64,000 bases of DNA, taken from the NCBI GenBank assembly GCA_963776345.1, contig CAVZMH010000016.1:1-64000 (forward strand), in the 5' to 3' direction. Positions 30,029 through 40,636 of this stretch are shown one piece after another. Origin of the DNA: an uncultured delta proteobacterium. GTDB lineage: Bacteria; Myxococcota; Myxococcia; Myxococcales; Myxococcaceae. Numbering within the stretch: position 1 is the stretch's first letter; the number at the start of each line of letters is the position of its first letter. The notes beneath the pieces were generated by a model, which was not told where the DNA came from, made no database searches, and worked only from the letters and a program-made list of their open reading frames with translations. The translations under genes were made by a program, and so were the position numbers.

Positions 30029-30730
30029 CTACTTGTTCAGCTCTCCTGCGGGGCGTTGGAGCACCGCGCCCGGAGGGGGCGGGCGGTCCTCGTCGCCGCA
30101 CTGCTCGCGGATCTTCCGGGCCAGCGCCATCTCCCGCCAGCGGTGCACCGCGGCCCAGAGCAGCACGGTGGCCAGGAGCACCCCCACCGCGATGAGCTGA
30201 TACCGCTTCATCAGCTCGATGACCTGCTGGAGGTGCCGGCCGAAGCGGTAGCCGAGCAGGACGAAGAGCGGGGCCGAGCCCAGCGCGGCGAGCCCGTCGA
30301 AGCAGATGAAGCGGGCATAGGGCATGCCCGCCGACCCGGCGATGAAGTAGGTCACCGCCCGGACGCCCGGCATGAAGCGGGCGGCGATGACCAGCTTCTC
30401 CCCGTGCCGGGCGAAGAGCCCCTCCACGAAGATGCGCCGCGGGGGAGTGACGACCCGAGTGAGCCAGCCGTGGCCGGTCCGCACCCGCAGCCCCACCCGG
30501 CGGCCGGCCAGGTAGATGAGCGAATCGCCCACCAGGATGCCCAGGAACCCGGTGGCCACCATGCCCCAGAGATTGGCCACCCCCTTGAAGACCAGGAACC
30601 CGCCCAGGATGAGCGAGATGTCCTCGGGGAGCGGCACCCCCAGGCCACACGCCACCAGCACGGCGAAGATGGACAGGTAGGCCATCGCCCCGTGGGAACC
30701 GAGCAGGAGGGTTTTGAGGATCGCTTCCAA
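30029..30730 (-). CDS. DedA family membrane protein
   Basis: GVPLPED, GDSLIY..GR, ARFMPGVR. Confidence 0.9.
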   Translation of the reverse strand: MEAILKTLLLGSHGAMAYLSIFAVLVACGLGVPLPEDISLILGGFLVFKGVANLWGMVATGFLGILVGDSLIYLAGRRVGLRVRTGHGWLTRVVTPPRRIFVEGLFARHGEKLVIAARFMPGVRAVTYFIAGSAGMPYARFICFDGLAALGSAPLFVLLGYRFGRHLQQVIELMKRYQLIAVGVLLATVLLWAAVHRWREMALARKIREQCGDEDRPPPPGAVLQRPAGELNK

Positions 30731-30786
30731 GCGGGGTGGTCCCGGGGTCGAGGGACCTTACCACCGCCCCTCGGAGCCGGCAGGTG

Positions 30787-31239
30787 TCAGGGACGGGGGA
30801 GGAGGGCCTTGAACGTCTCCCGGTTCGCCTGGAGCCTGGCACCGAAGTGGGACACGATCGCCATCAGCAGCTTGAGACAAGCCTGCGGTTTCTGGGTCAT
30901 CAGCCGCTGGAAGTCGACGCTCCGGAGCTCCACGGCAGTGACCGGGGTGAGGGCCATGGCGCTGCAGAGGCGCTGCCCCTGCTGGACCAGCGCGAGCTCA
31001 CCGAGCGAGTCCCCGCGCTGCAGCTCCCCGAGCGCCAGCTCGTCGCCGCCGTTGCGCACGGTGATGCCCACCCGGCCGTCGGCGATGATGAAGAGGCTCT
31101 CGGCGAGCATGTTCTCCACGAAGAGCGGCGCGCCGCGCGGATAGGTCCGCTCCACCGCGATACCGGCGAGGATCTGCAGCCCCGTCTCCGTGAATCCCTT
31201 GAAGAGGGCGCAGGTCCTCAGCGCGTCCTGTGGCGGCAT
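30787..31239 (-). CDS. Stand-alone cyclic nucleotide-binding domain protein
   Basis: LFKGF, LFII.DGRV, GDSLGELAL...QR..SA.A. Confidence 0.88.
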   Translation of the reverse strand: MPPQDALRTCALFKGFTETGLQILAGIAVERTYPRGAPLFVENMLAESLFIIADGRVGITVRNGGDELALGELQRGDSLGELALVQQGQRLCSAMALTPVTAVELRSVDFQRLMTQKPQACLKLLMAIVSHFGARLQANRETFKALLPRP

Positions 31240-31317
31240 CGAACGAACCTTGTAGCACGGGAGGCCCCCGGGTCAGGGAAAGCCCGATCCGATGGCAAGG
31301 AGGACAAACTCCCCGAG

Positions 31318-31830
31318 TCAGCCGCCCCGGTGGAGCTTTGCGTTCAGGACGTATCCCGCGGCGGAGGTGAGGAGGCCCGCCCGCTCGGCGTCGGTGAGCG
31401 GGCGCTTCACCTTCCCCGGGCTCCCCATGACCATCGAGCCCGAGGGAACGTGGGTGCCGGGGATGAGCAACGTGCCGGCGGCGATGAAGCAGTCGTCCTC
31501 GATCACCACCCCGTTGAGGACGATGGAGCCGATCCCCACCAGGACCCGATTCCCCACGGTACAGCCATGGATGACCACCTGGTGGCCGATGGTGACGTCG
31601 TCCCCGAGGCGGGTCGGGTGCGTCCCCTTCTCCACGTGGACCATGGTCAGGTCCTGGATGTTGGTGCGGGACCCGATCCGGATGGTGTTCACGTCGCCGC
31701 GGAGCACGGTGTTGTACCAGACCGAGGACTCCTCCCCGATCTTCACGTTGCCGATGACGTGCGCTCCGTCGGCCACGAAGACCGAGGGGTGAAGGCGCGG
31801 GGTCGTTCCCTGGAACGTGCGGATTCCCAT
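31318..31830 (-). CDS. Gamma carbonic anhydrase family (YrdA/PaaY-like) protein
   Basis: VLRGDVN.I.IG..TNIQD..VH, TIGH..IHGC hexapeptide repeats. Confidence 0.92.
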   Translation of the reverse strand: MGIRTFQGTTPRLHPSVFVADGAHVIGNVKIGEESSVWYNTVLRGDVNTIRIGSRTNIQDLTMVHVEKGTHPTRLGDDVTIGHQVVIHGCTVGNRVLVGIGSIVLNGVVIEDDCFIAAGTLLIPGTHVPSGSMVMGSPGKVKRPLTDAERAGLLTSAAGYVLNAKLHRGG

Positions 31831-33215
31831 CAGGCGGCCTCCGTCCTGGGCTGGAACGGCGGAACGGGCGGAAGGTCCACGATGCCGGCCTCGACTCCCA
31901 GGAGCGCGCTCGGCGAGCCGTGGGTGATGCGCACCCGGGCCCGCGCGCCGGCGGGCGCGGTCCCATCGAAGTTCACGGTGCGGTTCTCCGGGGTGCGTCC
32001 GAAGCGACGCGCCGGGTCGGACCGTGACGGCCCCTCGACCAGCACCTCGACCTCGTGCCCGACGAGCGACCCGCCGATCTCGCCGCTGATGCGCCGCTGC
32101 ACCGCCTGGAGCCGCTCCAGCCGCTCGACCTTTACCTCGTGCGGCACCGGGCCCCACTCGGCTTCCTTGAGCGCGGCGACGGTGCGCGGCCGGGCGGAGA
32201 AGACGAACGAGAACTGGTTCTCGTAGCGGACCTGCTCGGTGAGCGCGAGCGTGGCCCTGAAGTCGTCCTCGGTCTCGCCGGGGAAGCCCACGATGATGTC
32301 GGTGGTGACGGCGATGCCGGGACGGGCCGCTCGCAGGGCGGCGAGCCGTTCGAGGTACCCGGCCACGGTGTAATCCCGCTTCATGCGCCGGAGCACCTCG
32401 TTGCTCCCGCTCTGCACCGGGAGGTGGAAGTGCGGCGCGATGCGCGGCTCCTGCTGGAAGGCCTCGATCAGCGCGTCCGACAGGTCGTGCGGGTGACTGG
32501 TGGTGAAGCGCACCCGCTCGATGCCGGGGACCTGGGCCACCCGGAGGAGCAGCTCGGCGAAGGAGATGCCGCCCCGGTAGGAGTTGACGTTCTGCCCGAT
32601 GAGCGTGACCTCCCGGACGCCCACCGCGGTGAGCGAGGCGGTCTCCTCCAGCACCTCGACAAAGGGCCGGCTCACCTCGCGCCCGCGGGTGTGCGGGACG
32701 ACGCAGAAGCTGCAGACGTTGTCGCAGCCCTTCATCACGGTGACGAACTCGCTCACCTTCCCCGCCGAGCTCCCGGGGTCGGCGCGGGGGAAGACGTACT
32801 CCTCGGAGTCGACCCAGGCGGTCTCGGCGACGCGGACCCGGTCCTCGACCACCCGGTTTACCAGCTCGGGGAGCTTCCCGATGGCGTCGGGTCCGAAGAC
32901 GAAGTCGAGGTACGGGACGCGGGCCAGGAGCTTCCCCTTCTCCTGTTGCGCGACGCAGCCGCCGACGGCGAGGAGCGCCCCGCGCTGGGTCTTGATCGCC
33001 CGGTAGCGGCCGAGCGCCGAGAGCATCTTGTCCTCGGCCTTCTCCCGGATGGCGCAGGTGTTGAGGATGATCAGGTCCGCCTGCTCCGCGGTGGCCGTGG
33101 GCCGGTAGCCGATGGTGGCCAGCGCCTCGCCCATCCGGAGCGAGTCGTTGACGTTCATCTGGCAGCCGAAGGTGTGGATGTAGAATCTTCTCCCTCTGGC
33201 AGTGTGGGTGCTCAC
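31830..33215 (-). CDS. miaB: tRNA-2-methylthio-N6-dimethylallyladenosine synthase
   Basis: TFGCQMNV.DS, NTCAIREKAE, GCDNVCSFCVVP radical SAM motif, TRAM domain. Confidence 0.96.
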   Translation of the reverse strand: MSTHTARGRRFYIHTFGCQMNVNDSLRMGEALATIGYRPTATAEQADLIILNTCAIREKAEDKMLSALGRYRAIKTQRGALLAVGGCVAQQEKGKLLARVPYLDFVFGPDAIGKLPELVNRVVEDRVRVAETAWVDSEEYVFPRADPGSSAGKVSEFVTVMKGCDNVCSFCVVPHTRGREVSRPFVEVLEETASLTAVGVREVTLIGQNVNSYRGGISFAELLLRVAQVPGIERVRFTTSHPHDLSDALIEAFQQEPRIAPHFHLPVQSGSNEVLRRMKRDYTVAGYLERLAALRAARPGIAVTTDIIVGFPGETEDDFRATLALTEQVRYENQFSFVFSARPRTVAALKEAEWGPVPHEVKVERLERLQAVQRRISGEIGGSLVGHEVEVLVEGPSRSDPARRFGRTPENRTVNFDGTAPAGARARVRITHGSPSALLGVEAGIVDLPPVPPFQPRTEAA

Positions 33216-33357
33216 GCCAGACCTCCAGTCCTTCCAGTTGGTTGAGAGTGTCTCGTGGTGCCGTTGGTCGCCTGACGGAGCCCCTCAGTACCATCGGGTT
33301 GACGGCCACAGTCAACCCCGTCCGTCGAAGGGCGGGCCAGCGGCCGCCGAGGTCGCC

Positions 33358-34836
33358 CTACATCACCAGGTGCTTCCCGAGCACCGCCGGATCGTCGCGC
33401 AGCGCGGCCGCCGCGCCCTCGTGCACGATGCGGCCGTCCTCGAGAACGTAGGCGCGGTCGGCGATCTCGAGCGCCATCCGGGCGTTCTGCTCGACGAGCA
33501 GCACCGTCACGCCCTGCTTGCGGATCTCGAGGATGATCTCGGCGAGGTGGTTCACGACGCGTGGCGCGAGACCCTGCGACGGCTCGTCGAGCATGAGGAA
33601 ACGGCGCCGGCCGACCACCGCGCGCGCGATGGCGACCATCTGCTGCTCGCCGCCGGAGAGCCGGTCGCCACGGTTGCCCTTCCGCTGTACGAGCTGGGGA
33701 AACCACTCGAAGCAGCGGCGCAGCTGGCTCGCGCGCTCCACGGCCGACACGCCGCTCATGAAGAACGGCAGGAGCAGGTTCTCGCCCACGGTGAGGTTCG
33801 CGAAGACGCGCCGCCCCTCGGGGACGAGCCCGACCCCGAGATTCGCCACGCCCTCGGGCGCCATCCGGGTGATGTCGTGACCGTCGAAGCGGATCGTGCC
33901 CTGGCGCGGTGGGAGGAGGCCCATGATCGTGCGGAGGGTGGTCGTCTTGCCGGCACCGTTCCGTCCGAGGAGCGCCACGATCTCGCCGCCCCGCACCGTG
34001 AGGGAGATGTGGTGCAGGATCTGGGAGAGCCCGTAGGAGGTCGATACGCCCTCGAGCGTCAGGAGGGGCGCAGCGGCCTCGCTCGCCGCCGCGGTCTCGT
34101 GCGCCTTCGCGGAGAGGCTCGCGTCCACGCCGCCAAGGTACGCCTCGCGCACCGCGGGATCGGCCTGCACCTGCGTGGGCGTCCCCTCCGCGATCTTCCT
34201 CCCGCTGCGCATCACCGTGATGCGATCGGAGATCGACATCACGATGTCCATCTTGTGCTCGATGAGGATGATCGTGTAGCCGTGCTGGTCCCGCAGCCGG
34301 CGCACGAGCGCGACCGTGCCCTCCGTCTCGTGAGGCGGCATCCCCGCGGTCGGCTCGTCGAGCAGCAGGAGCGCCGGGCTCGTGGCCAGCGCGATCCCGA
34401 TGTCGAGGTGGCGCTGATCGCCGTGCGACATGGCGCCGGCGAGGACCCCCGCCTTGGAGGTCAGCTCGACCTCCTCGAGCACCTCCCGGACGCGCGCCTC
34501 GGGTTCGGTCGCGCTGCCGGCCCGCGCCGCGAGCCGCAGGTTGTCCACCACCGTCAGCTCCGGGAAGATGCTCGTGATCTGGAACGAGCGGGCGATCCCC
34601 TTCTTCGCCAGCTCGTGCGGCCTGAGGTGCGTGACGTCCTCGCCGCGAAAGAGGATCCGGCCTCGCGAGGGCCGGATCGTGCCGGTGAGGAGGTTGAAGA
34701 GCGTTGTCTTCCCCGCCCCGTTCGGGCCGATGACGCAGTGGATCGACCCCTGCTCCACGGAGAGATCCATCTCCTCCACGGCCGCCAGCGCGCCGAACCG
34801 GACGGACAGCCCCTCCGTGCGGAAGATCGCGGTCAC
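33358..34836 (-). CDS. Branched-chain amino acid ABC ATPase, fused LivG-LivF
   Basis: Two Walker A motifs (GPNGAGKTT, GRNGAGKTT) and two DEP motifs in one frame; GTG start overlaps upstream TGA. Confidence 0.88.
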   Translation of the reverse strand: MTAIFRTEGLSVRFGALAAVEEMDLSVEQGSIHCVIGPNGAGKTTLFNLLTGTIRPSRGRILFRGEDVTHLRPHELAKKGIARSFQITSIFPELTVVDNLRLAARAGSATEPEARVREVLEEVELTSKAGVLAGAMSHGDQRHLDIGIALATSPALLLLDEPTAGMPPHETEGTVALVRRLRDQHGYTIILIEHKMDIVMSISDRITVMRSGRKIAEGTPTQVQADPAVREAYLGGVDASLSAKAHETAAASEAAAPLLTLEGVSTSYGLSQILHHISLTVRGGEIVALLGRNGAGKTTTLRTIMGLLPPRQGTIRFDGHDITRMAPEGVANLGVGLVPEGRRVFANLTVGENLLLPFFMSGVSAVERASQLRRCFEWFPQLVQRKGNRGDRLSGGEQQMVAIARAVVGRRRFLMLDEPSQGLAPRVVNHLAEIILEIRKQGVTVLLVEQNARMALEIADRAYVLEDGRIVHEGAAAALRDDPAVLGKHLVM

Positions 34837-35762
34837 CGCCGGATCCTCCTCCTCCGCGCCTCGAGCGCGTACCCGGCGATCCCGCGGGGGAAGAACATCA
34901 CGAACACCACGAACACCACTCCCATGACCAGCTGCCAGTACTTCGTGTGGAAGGAGATGTAGTTGTTGAGGAAGGTGATGAGCGTGGCCCCGACGATGGG
35001 GCCGCTGAAGGTGCCTAGGCCTCCGACGAGCGACATCACCACCACGTTCCCCGAGCGGATCCAGTCCATCGTCTGAGGAAACGCGTAGCGGAGGAGAAGG
35101 ACGTAGAGCGTGCCCGAGACCGCAGCGAACAGCGCCGCGATGACGAAGGAGGCGAGCTTGTAGCGCTGGACGTCGTAGCCGATGGCAGCGCAGCGCGCCT
35201 CGTTCTCGCGGATGGCGCGCAGGACGTCGCCGAAGTTCGAGTGGATGACCCGCCACGCCACGACCGCGGCGACGAGGCACACCACGGCGGTGAAGTAGTA
35301 GAAGCGGACCGGCGAGGAGAGGTCGATCCCGAAGATCGGCTTGCGCGGGATGTCGGAGAGGCCGTCCTCGCCGCCGGTGACGCTCTTCCAGCGCATCGCG
35401 ACGAAGAAGAACATCTGCCCGAACGCGATGGTGAGCATCGCGAAGTAGATGCCGGCCTTGCGGACGATGAGGAGTCCGATGACCACCGCGGCTGCCCCGG
35501 CGACGACGACGCCAGCCAGCATCGCCGCCCAGAGCGGCAGGTCGAAGTGGATGAGGAGGAGCCCCATCGTGTAGCCGGCGAGGCCGAAGTAGGCGGCATG
35601 CCCGAAGGAGAGGATGCCGGTGTAGCCGAGCAGGAGGTTGAAGCCGATCGCGAACACCGCGAAGATCACCATCTCCGACAGCAGCGCGTGGTACCCGCCC
35701 ATCGGCACGATCACCAGCGGGGCGACGGCGAGCAGCACCGCGAGCGCGAGGATCGATCTCAT
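34833..35762 (-). CDS. livM: Branched-chain amino acid ABC permease (LivM-like)
   Basis: LLLGYTGILSFGHAA, TGGEDG, RAIRENE. Confidence 0.88.
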   Translation of the reverse strand: MRSILALAVLLAVAPLVIVPMGGYHALLSEMVIFAVFAIGFNLLLGYTGILSFGHAAYFGLAGYTMGLLLIHFDLPLWAAMLAGVVVAGAAAVVIGLLIVRKAGIYFAMLTIAFGQMFFFVAMRWKSVTGGEDGLSDIPRKPIFGIDLSSPVRFYYFTAVVCLVAAVVAWRVIHSNFGDVLRAIRENEARCAAIGYDVQRYKLASFVIAALFAAVSGTLYVLLLRYAFPQTMDWIRSGNVVVMSLVGGLGTFSGPIVGATLITFLNNYISFHTKYWQLVMGVVFVVFVMFFPRGIAGYALEARRRRIRR

Positions 35763-36631
35763 CTGGAGAGGAGCCCCTCGACTCCGAAGAGGCCGCGCGG
35801 CCGGACCAGCAGCACGAGCGCGAGGAGCATGAACACCACCACGTCCGATCCGGCGGGGAAGAACTCCACGGCCAGGCTGATGATCACCCCCACCGAGAGG
35901 CCGCCGATGAGCGCGCCCCCGAAGCTGCCCATCCCGCCGATGATCACCACCACGAACGACGGCATGATGATCGACGAGCCCATGCTCGGGAACACGCCGC
36001 GGATCGGCGAGGCGAGCGCTCCGGCGAGCGCCGCGAGCGCGGCGCCGAGCCCGAACACCAGGGTGAAGAGCAGATTGATGCGGATTCCGAGCACCCGCAC
36101 CATCTCGCGGTCGAAGGTCCCGGCGAGGATGGTGCGCCCGAGCTGCGTGCGCTCGAGGAACATCCAGGTGAGCAGCATCAGCGCGCCCGAGACGACGATG
36201 ACGAAGAGCCTGTACTTCGAGAATGGGATGTCGGCGACGAGGAGGATCCCCGAGAACAGCTCGGGCGGCGACATCGGGTAGGGGGCGTCGCCCCACACGA
36301 CCCGCACCAGGTCCTCGACGATGAGCGCGAGGCCGAAGGTGAGGAGCAGGGTGTGGAGCGGGTCGCGCCGGTAGATGGGGCGAATGAGCACGCCCTCCAC
36401 GACGAGCCCGATCACGCCCACCGCGAACGGCGCGACGAGCAGCGACGGGAAGAAGCCCCACCGCTCGTAGGTGGTGACGAAGGCATAGGCGCCCAGGGTG
36501 TAGAGCGCGCCATGCGCCATGTTGATGACGCGCATGAGCCCCAGGACGATGGTGAGGCCCACCGCCATCAGCGCGAGGAGCATCCCCAGCGCGACGCCGT
36601 TCACCACCTGCTGCAGGAGCGTGAAGGCCAT
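35759..36631 (-). CDS. livH: Branched-chain amino acid ABC permease (LivH-like)
   Basis: NGVALG..LALMAVGLT...INMAHG, VVVIIGGMGS. Confidence 0.9.
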   Translation of the reverse strand: MAFTLLQQVVNGVALGMLLALMAVGLTIVLGLMRVINMAHGALYTLGAYAFVTTYERWGFFPSLLVAPFAVGVIGLVVEGVLIRPIYRRDPLHTLLLTFGLALIVEDLVRVVWGDAPYPMSPPELFSGILLVADIPFSKYRLFVIVVSGALMLLTWMFLERTQLGRTILAGTFDREMVRVLGIRINLLFTLVFGLGAALAALAGALASPIRGVFPSMGSSIIMPSFVVVIIGGMGSFGGALIGGLSVGVIISLAVEFFPAGSDVVVFMLLALVLLVRPRGLFGVEGLLSR

Positions 36632-36735
36632 GCGAGCGTCACCCGCCGGCGCCGGGCGTCACGCGCGCCGCGCGAGCCCGGCGCGGGATGGTGGCACGGA
36701 GGAGGCAGGCGCGCCCTCCCTCCCCGCGCCGTGCC

Positions 36736-38041
36736 TCAGCAGCCGATCTCGGACATGGGCTCGAGGGGCCTCCCGCCCATCTGCTTCCACATCGCCTCGT
36801 CGGGATACGCCTCCGCGCCGGAGAGGTGGCTGAGGATCTCGAAGTAGTCGTCCTCGCTCTTCCAGGCTGGCGTCACGCTTGGCCCTGGCGACGATGACGT
36901 CCTGCACGTTCTGGTGGTCCCAGGCGCGCCACTCGGACTGGTTCCACTTCAGCCCGTCGAACTTGTGGCCCTCGAGCGCCTTGATCACCGCGCACTTGCT
37001 GGTGGACTTCGCGCGGACGATCGCCTCGAGGAGCTGCTGGTGGGTGAGGTAGCCGAGATAGTGGCGATACGAGGGTCGCCACTCGGGCTTCTTCGACGAC
37101 GCATAGCGCTTCATCAGCGCATCGCGCAGCTTCTTCGAGCCGGGGGTATCCACGGTCGAGTGCCAGGAGAGGCCCCACACGCCAGCGGCGGCCGTGCCGA
37201 TGCCCTTCATCATGGGCGTGCCGCTGAGCGGACCACAGAGCTGCATGCTGCTGCCGAGGCCGAACTCCTTGAACTGCTTCACGCAGTTGATCTGGTCCGC
37301 GCCGTAGGCGTTCACCACCAGCACGTCCGGCTTCACGCCGCGGACCTTGATCAGGTACGAGGAGAAGTCGCTCGTCCCGAGCGGGAAGAGGTCGTTGCCG
37401 GCCTCCTTCACCCCGAACCGCTCGAAGATGCGGTTCATCGATGCGCGCGCGGAGTGACCCCACACGTAGTCGGCCGTGAGGTGGTAGACCTGCTTCGGCT
37501 TCCAGTTCTTCGCGACCCAGGTCGCCGTGGCGGTGGAGAGCGCGTAGTTCTGGTTCGTCGTCCGGAACGTGGTCCGGTGCGAGCGCGAGCCGGTCGTGTC
37601 GTCCGCATGGCTGCCGAAGGCCATGAACAGCACCTTCGCGGCGGCGGCAACGTCGCTCACCGCCACGGTGACACTCGAGGTGAGCGTGCCGGTGAGGAAG
37701 TCCACCTGGTCGCGCTCGATGAGCTTCTTCGCCTTCTGGACCCCGATGCCCGGGTTCGACGGCGCGTCCTCGGTGATCATCTCGATCTTGCGGCCGAGGA
37801 CGCCTCCCCTGGCGTTCCACTCCTCGTTCGCGAGCTGCGCCCCCTCCATCTCGTCGAGGCCGGAGTCCGCGTACGGGCCGCTCAGCGGCTCGATGTTGCC
37901 GATCCGGATCGGGCCGGTGCCCTGGCCCCATGCCCGGTTCGGCACGAGGATGGTGGGACCGGCGGCCGCGGCGATAAATCCGCCGCCCAGGGCCTTCACG
38001 AATCCACGTCTCGAGAGCGTGCCACTCTTCCTCTTCGCCAT
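36736..38041 (-). CDS. Branched-chain amino acid ABC substrate-binding protein (Tat), with a frameshift near 36865
   Basis: SRRGFVK twin-Arg; PLSGPYA, ADYVWG; C-terminus continues in another frame (WKSEDDYFEILS..EIGC*). Confidence 0.82.
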
Positions 38042-38167
38042 GACGTCCTCCTCGTCCAACGCCCGGATGCGTTGACGCTACGCCATGCGACTTCGGTGTG
38101 CGAGGGCCGTCCCCACGCGGGGCCTTCGATTCGTTTGATCGTACGGCCCTGGAGCGGCGCCCTCCCT

Positions 38168-39112
38168 CTACAGCGGTGCCGGCAGACCCTGCTCCCAGTA
38201 GGGCGGGCGACCGATCCGGTCGCGGAAGAACTCGATGAAGGCCCGCGTCTTCCGCGGCAGCTGTTCACGGCTGGTGGTCAGCGCGTGGACGTCCTGCGCA
38301 GGCAGGTCCCACTCCGGCAGGACCTGCACCAGTCGGCCACGCGCGAGATCCTCGCCGACGACGAACAACGGGATGCGGGCGAGCCCGAGGCCCTGGAGAA
38401 CTGCGCTGCGCAGCGCGAGGCTACTGTTTGCCTTGAGCGGTCCGGTCACGCGGACGGTCTCGCTTCGCTTGCCGCGGGTGAGCGTCCAGCGGGGACCGGT
38501 GGCAGCGAGTGAGTAGAGGAGCGCCGCGTGCCGGACGAGGTCCGCCGGAGACGCCGGAGCCCCGGCGCGCGCGAGATAGTCCGGACCGGCGACGATGACG
38601 CTGCGGCTCAGGCCGAGGTGCTGCGAGACGAGCGCCGAGTCGGGCAACGTCCCGATCCGGAGCGCCAGGTCGAACCCTCCCTCGGCGAGATCCAGCACCC
38701 GGTCGTCCAGGACGAGGTCGACGCGCACTTCCGGGTGAGACTTCGCGAAGCCACCGAGCGCCGGCGCGACGTGGAGGAGCCCGAAGGACATCGGCGCGTT
38801 GAGTCGCAGGACCCCACGGGGGGACGTGAGCGAGAGCGTCGCCGCCTCCTCCGCATCCCGCGCGGCGAGCAATGCACGCTGCGCGTGGGGCAGCGCCGCT
38901 GCACCCGCCTCGGTGAGCGAGAGCCTCCGCGTGGTGCGCTGCAGGAGGCGCACCCCCAGGCGCTTCTCGAGCCGGGCGACCGCCACGCTGACCAGCGCCT
39001 TCGACACCCCGAGCCGCCGGGCGGCCGACGAGAACCCCTCGGTCTCTGCCACCGCGACGAAGATCGCCAGATCAGGCAGTGGAAGAGCCCGGATCTCACT
39101 GTTCGTTTTCAT
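38168..39112 (-). CDS. LysR family transcriptional regulator (CrgA-like)
   Basis: FSSAARRLG, LEKRLGVRLLQRTTRRLSLTEAG, FDLALRIG. Confidence 0.93.
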   Translation of the reverse strand: MKTNSEIRALPLPDLAIFVAVAETEGFSSAARRLGVSKALVSVAVARLEKRLGVRLLQRTTRRLSLTEAGAAALPHAQRALLAARDAEEAATLSLTSPRGVLRLNAPMSFGLLHVAPALGGFAKSHPEVRVDLVLDDRVLDLAEGGFDLALRIGTLPDSALVSQHLGLSRSVIVAGPDYLARAGAPASPADLVRHAALLYSLAATGPRWTLTRGKRSETVRVTGPLKANSSLALRSAVLQGLGLARIPLFVVGEDLARGRLVQVLPEWDLPAQDVHALTTSREQLPRKTRAFIEFFRDRIGRPPYWEQGLPAPL

Positions 39113-39205
39113 GAACGATGAGTTCTCTCTTTACCATCTTATCTCTTGATCGCGAACGATTCATCGTCCGCTCACCTCCCTCCCGGAGGCCCCTGGAGAC
39201 CCGCC

Positions 39206-39991
39206 ATGAACCCTTCCCTGCTCGCTCTCACCCTCGCCGCCGGAACCAGCGGCGCTCCTCACGTGGCCGCGGCGCCCCCCGACGCGTCGTCCACCGTGGA
39301 TCGAGCCCCGGAGGCCTCGCCCGGGCTCGCGGGGGACGAGACGGTGTACTTCGGGACCGTCTTCCCGTTGCACCCGGCGACGGCCCAGCCCCGCTTCGTC
39401 TACCAGCGCCTGGTGGGCGAGCACGACGGCGCCCTCGTCTCGACCCACCTCACGCGAGACCTCACGGGCGCCACCGCGATCCACGAATCGGCGACGCACT
39501 CCGAGAGCTACGCGCTCCTCGAGTACGTCCTGCACCGAAATCAGCTCGGCCAGGCCGGCACCATCCGCGTCGATGGCGATCGGGTCTCGTTCCGGCGGCT
39601 CGATGGAGAGAAACAGCGCACGCGCGTCGAGCGGGTGAACGCTCCGGTCGTCGTCGGGCCCACCCTGGTGGGCCACATCGTCCGGCACCTCGGGGCGCTG
39701 CGCGCGGGGGAGGTGCTCGGAGTGCGGCTCGCGGTCCTCGAGCGCCTGGAGACCATCGGCTTCGAACTCCAGGCAGTCGACGGTCAGCCGGGTAAGACGC
39801 GCATCCGGGTGAAGCCCTCGAGCTTCTTCGTGGCGCTGATGGTGGACCCGCTCTACTTCACGTTCGACACCGCCACGGCCAAGCTCGTGCGGCTGGAAGG
39901 AAGAGTTCCGCCCAAGGTCCGAACCGGGAAGGCGTGGCGCGAGCTCGACGCGCGTGTCGAGTACCGGTTCGTCGCGGACGCGTACCGGTAG
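39206..39991 (+). CDS. Hypothetical exported protein
   Basis: Signal-like N-terminus, GGAG RBS, GC3-biased codons; divergent from LysR. Confidence 0.65.
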   Translation: MNPSLLALTLAAGTSGAPHVAAAPPDASSTVDRAPEASPGLAGDETVYFGTVFPLHPATAQPRFVYQRLVGEHDGALVSTHLTRDLTGATAIHESATHSESYALLEYVLHRNQLGQAGTIRVDGDRVSFRRLDGEKQRTRVERVNAPVVVGPTLVGHIVRHLGALRAGEVLGVRLAVLERLETIGFELQAVDGQPGKTRIRVKPSSFFVALMVDPLYFTFDTATAKLVRLEGRVPPKVRTGKAWRELDARVEYRFVADAYR

Positions 39992-40146
39992 GCGCCCGAC
40001 GAGAGCGGCCCGGAGCCGGCGTCGGAGTCAATCCGGTTCTCGCGGGTCTGTCGTAGCCGCGCGCACCGGCACGCGATATCGGTGCAGGCCACCTCGGACG
40101 TCCTGCACACGCGATTCTACCCTCGCCGTTCTCGAAGGAGCAGATC

Positions 40147-40608
40147 ATGAAGGCACGGATGACTCCGCTTGCGGTGGCAGTCTCGCTGTTCGCCGCGACT
40201 GCCTACGCGGCCGACCCCAACCTCGGCAGCTGGAAGCTCGACGAGGGCAAGTCGAAGATCCCCGCCGGCACCGGCAAGAACACCAGCGTGGTCTACGAGC
40301 CGGCTGGCGACAGCATGAAGTGCACGGTCGAGGGCGTGGACAAGGACGGGAAGCCCGTCCGCAACGAGTGGACGGGCAAGACCGACGGCAAGGACTACCC
40401 GGTCACCGGCGACGCGACCGTCGACACCCGGTCGCTGAAGAAGGCCGACGACCACCACTACACCGTCGTGAACAAGAAGGCCGGCAAGGTGACCGTCACC
40501 GGCAACGTCGTCTTTGCCAAGGACTTCAAGACCCGGACGCTCACCCTCAGCGGGAAGGACAAGGACGGGAAGCCGATCACCGGCACCTGGGTGTACGAGC
40601 GGCAGTAG
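40147..40608 (+). CDS. Secreted beta-barrel (lipocalin-like) hypothetical protein
   Basis: Signal peptide AYA, GSWKLD..KS, DGKDYPVTG, VYERQ; strong codon bias and RBS. Confidence 0.75.
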   Translation: MKARMTPLAVAVSLFAATAYAADPNLGSWKLDEGKSKIPAGTGKNTSVVYEPAGDSMKCTVEGVDKDGKPVRNEWTGKTDGKDYPVTGDATVDTRSLKKADDHHYTVVNKKAGKVTVTGNVVFAKDFKTRTLTLSGKDKDGKPITGTWVYERQ

Positions 40609-40636
40609 CAGCCACGACACTGGCGGGGACTGCCGG

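Noticed and set aside
33296..33318. Hairpin GGGTTGAC-N7-GTCAACCC upstream of miaB
   Set aside because: No U-tract; could be terminator or promoter overlap but evidence too weak to call
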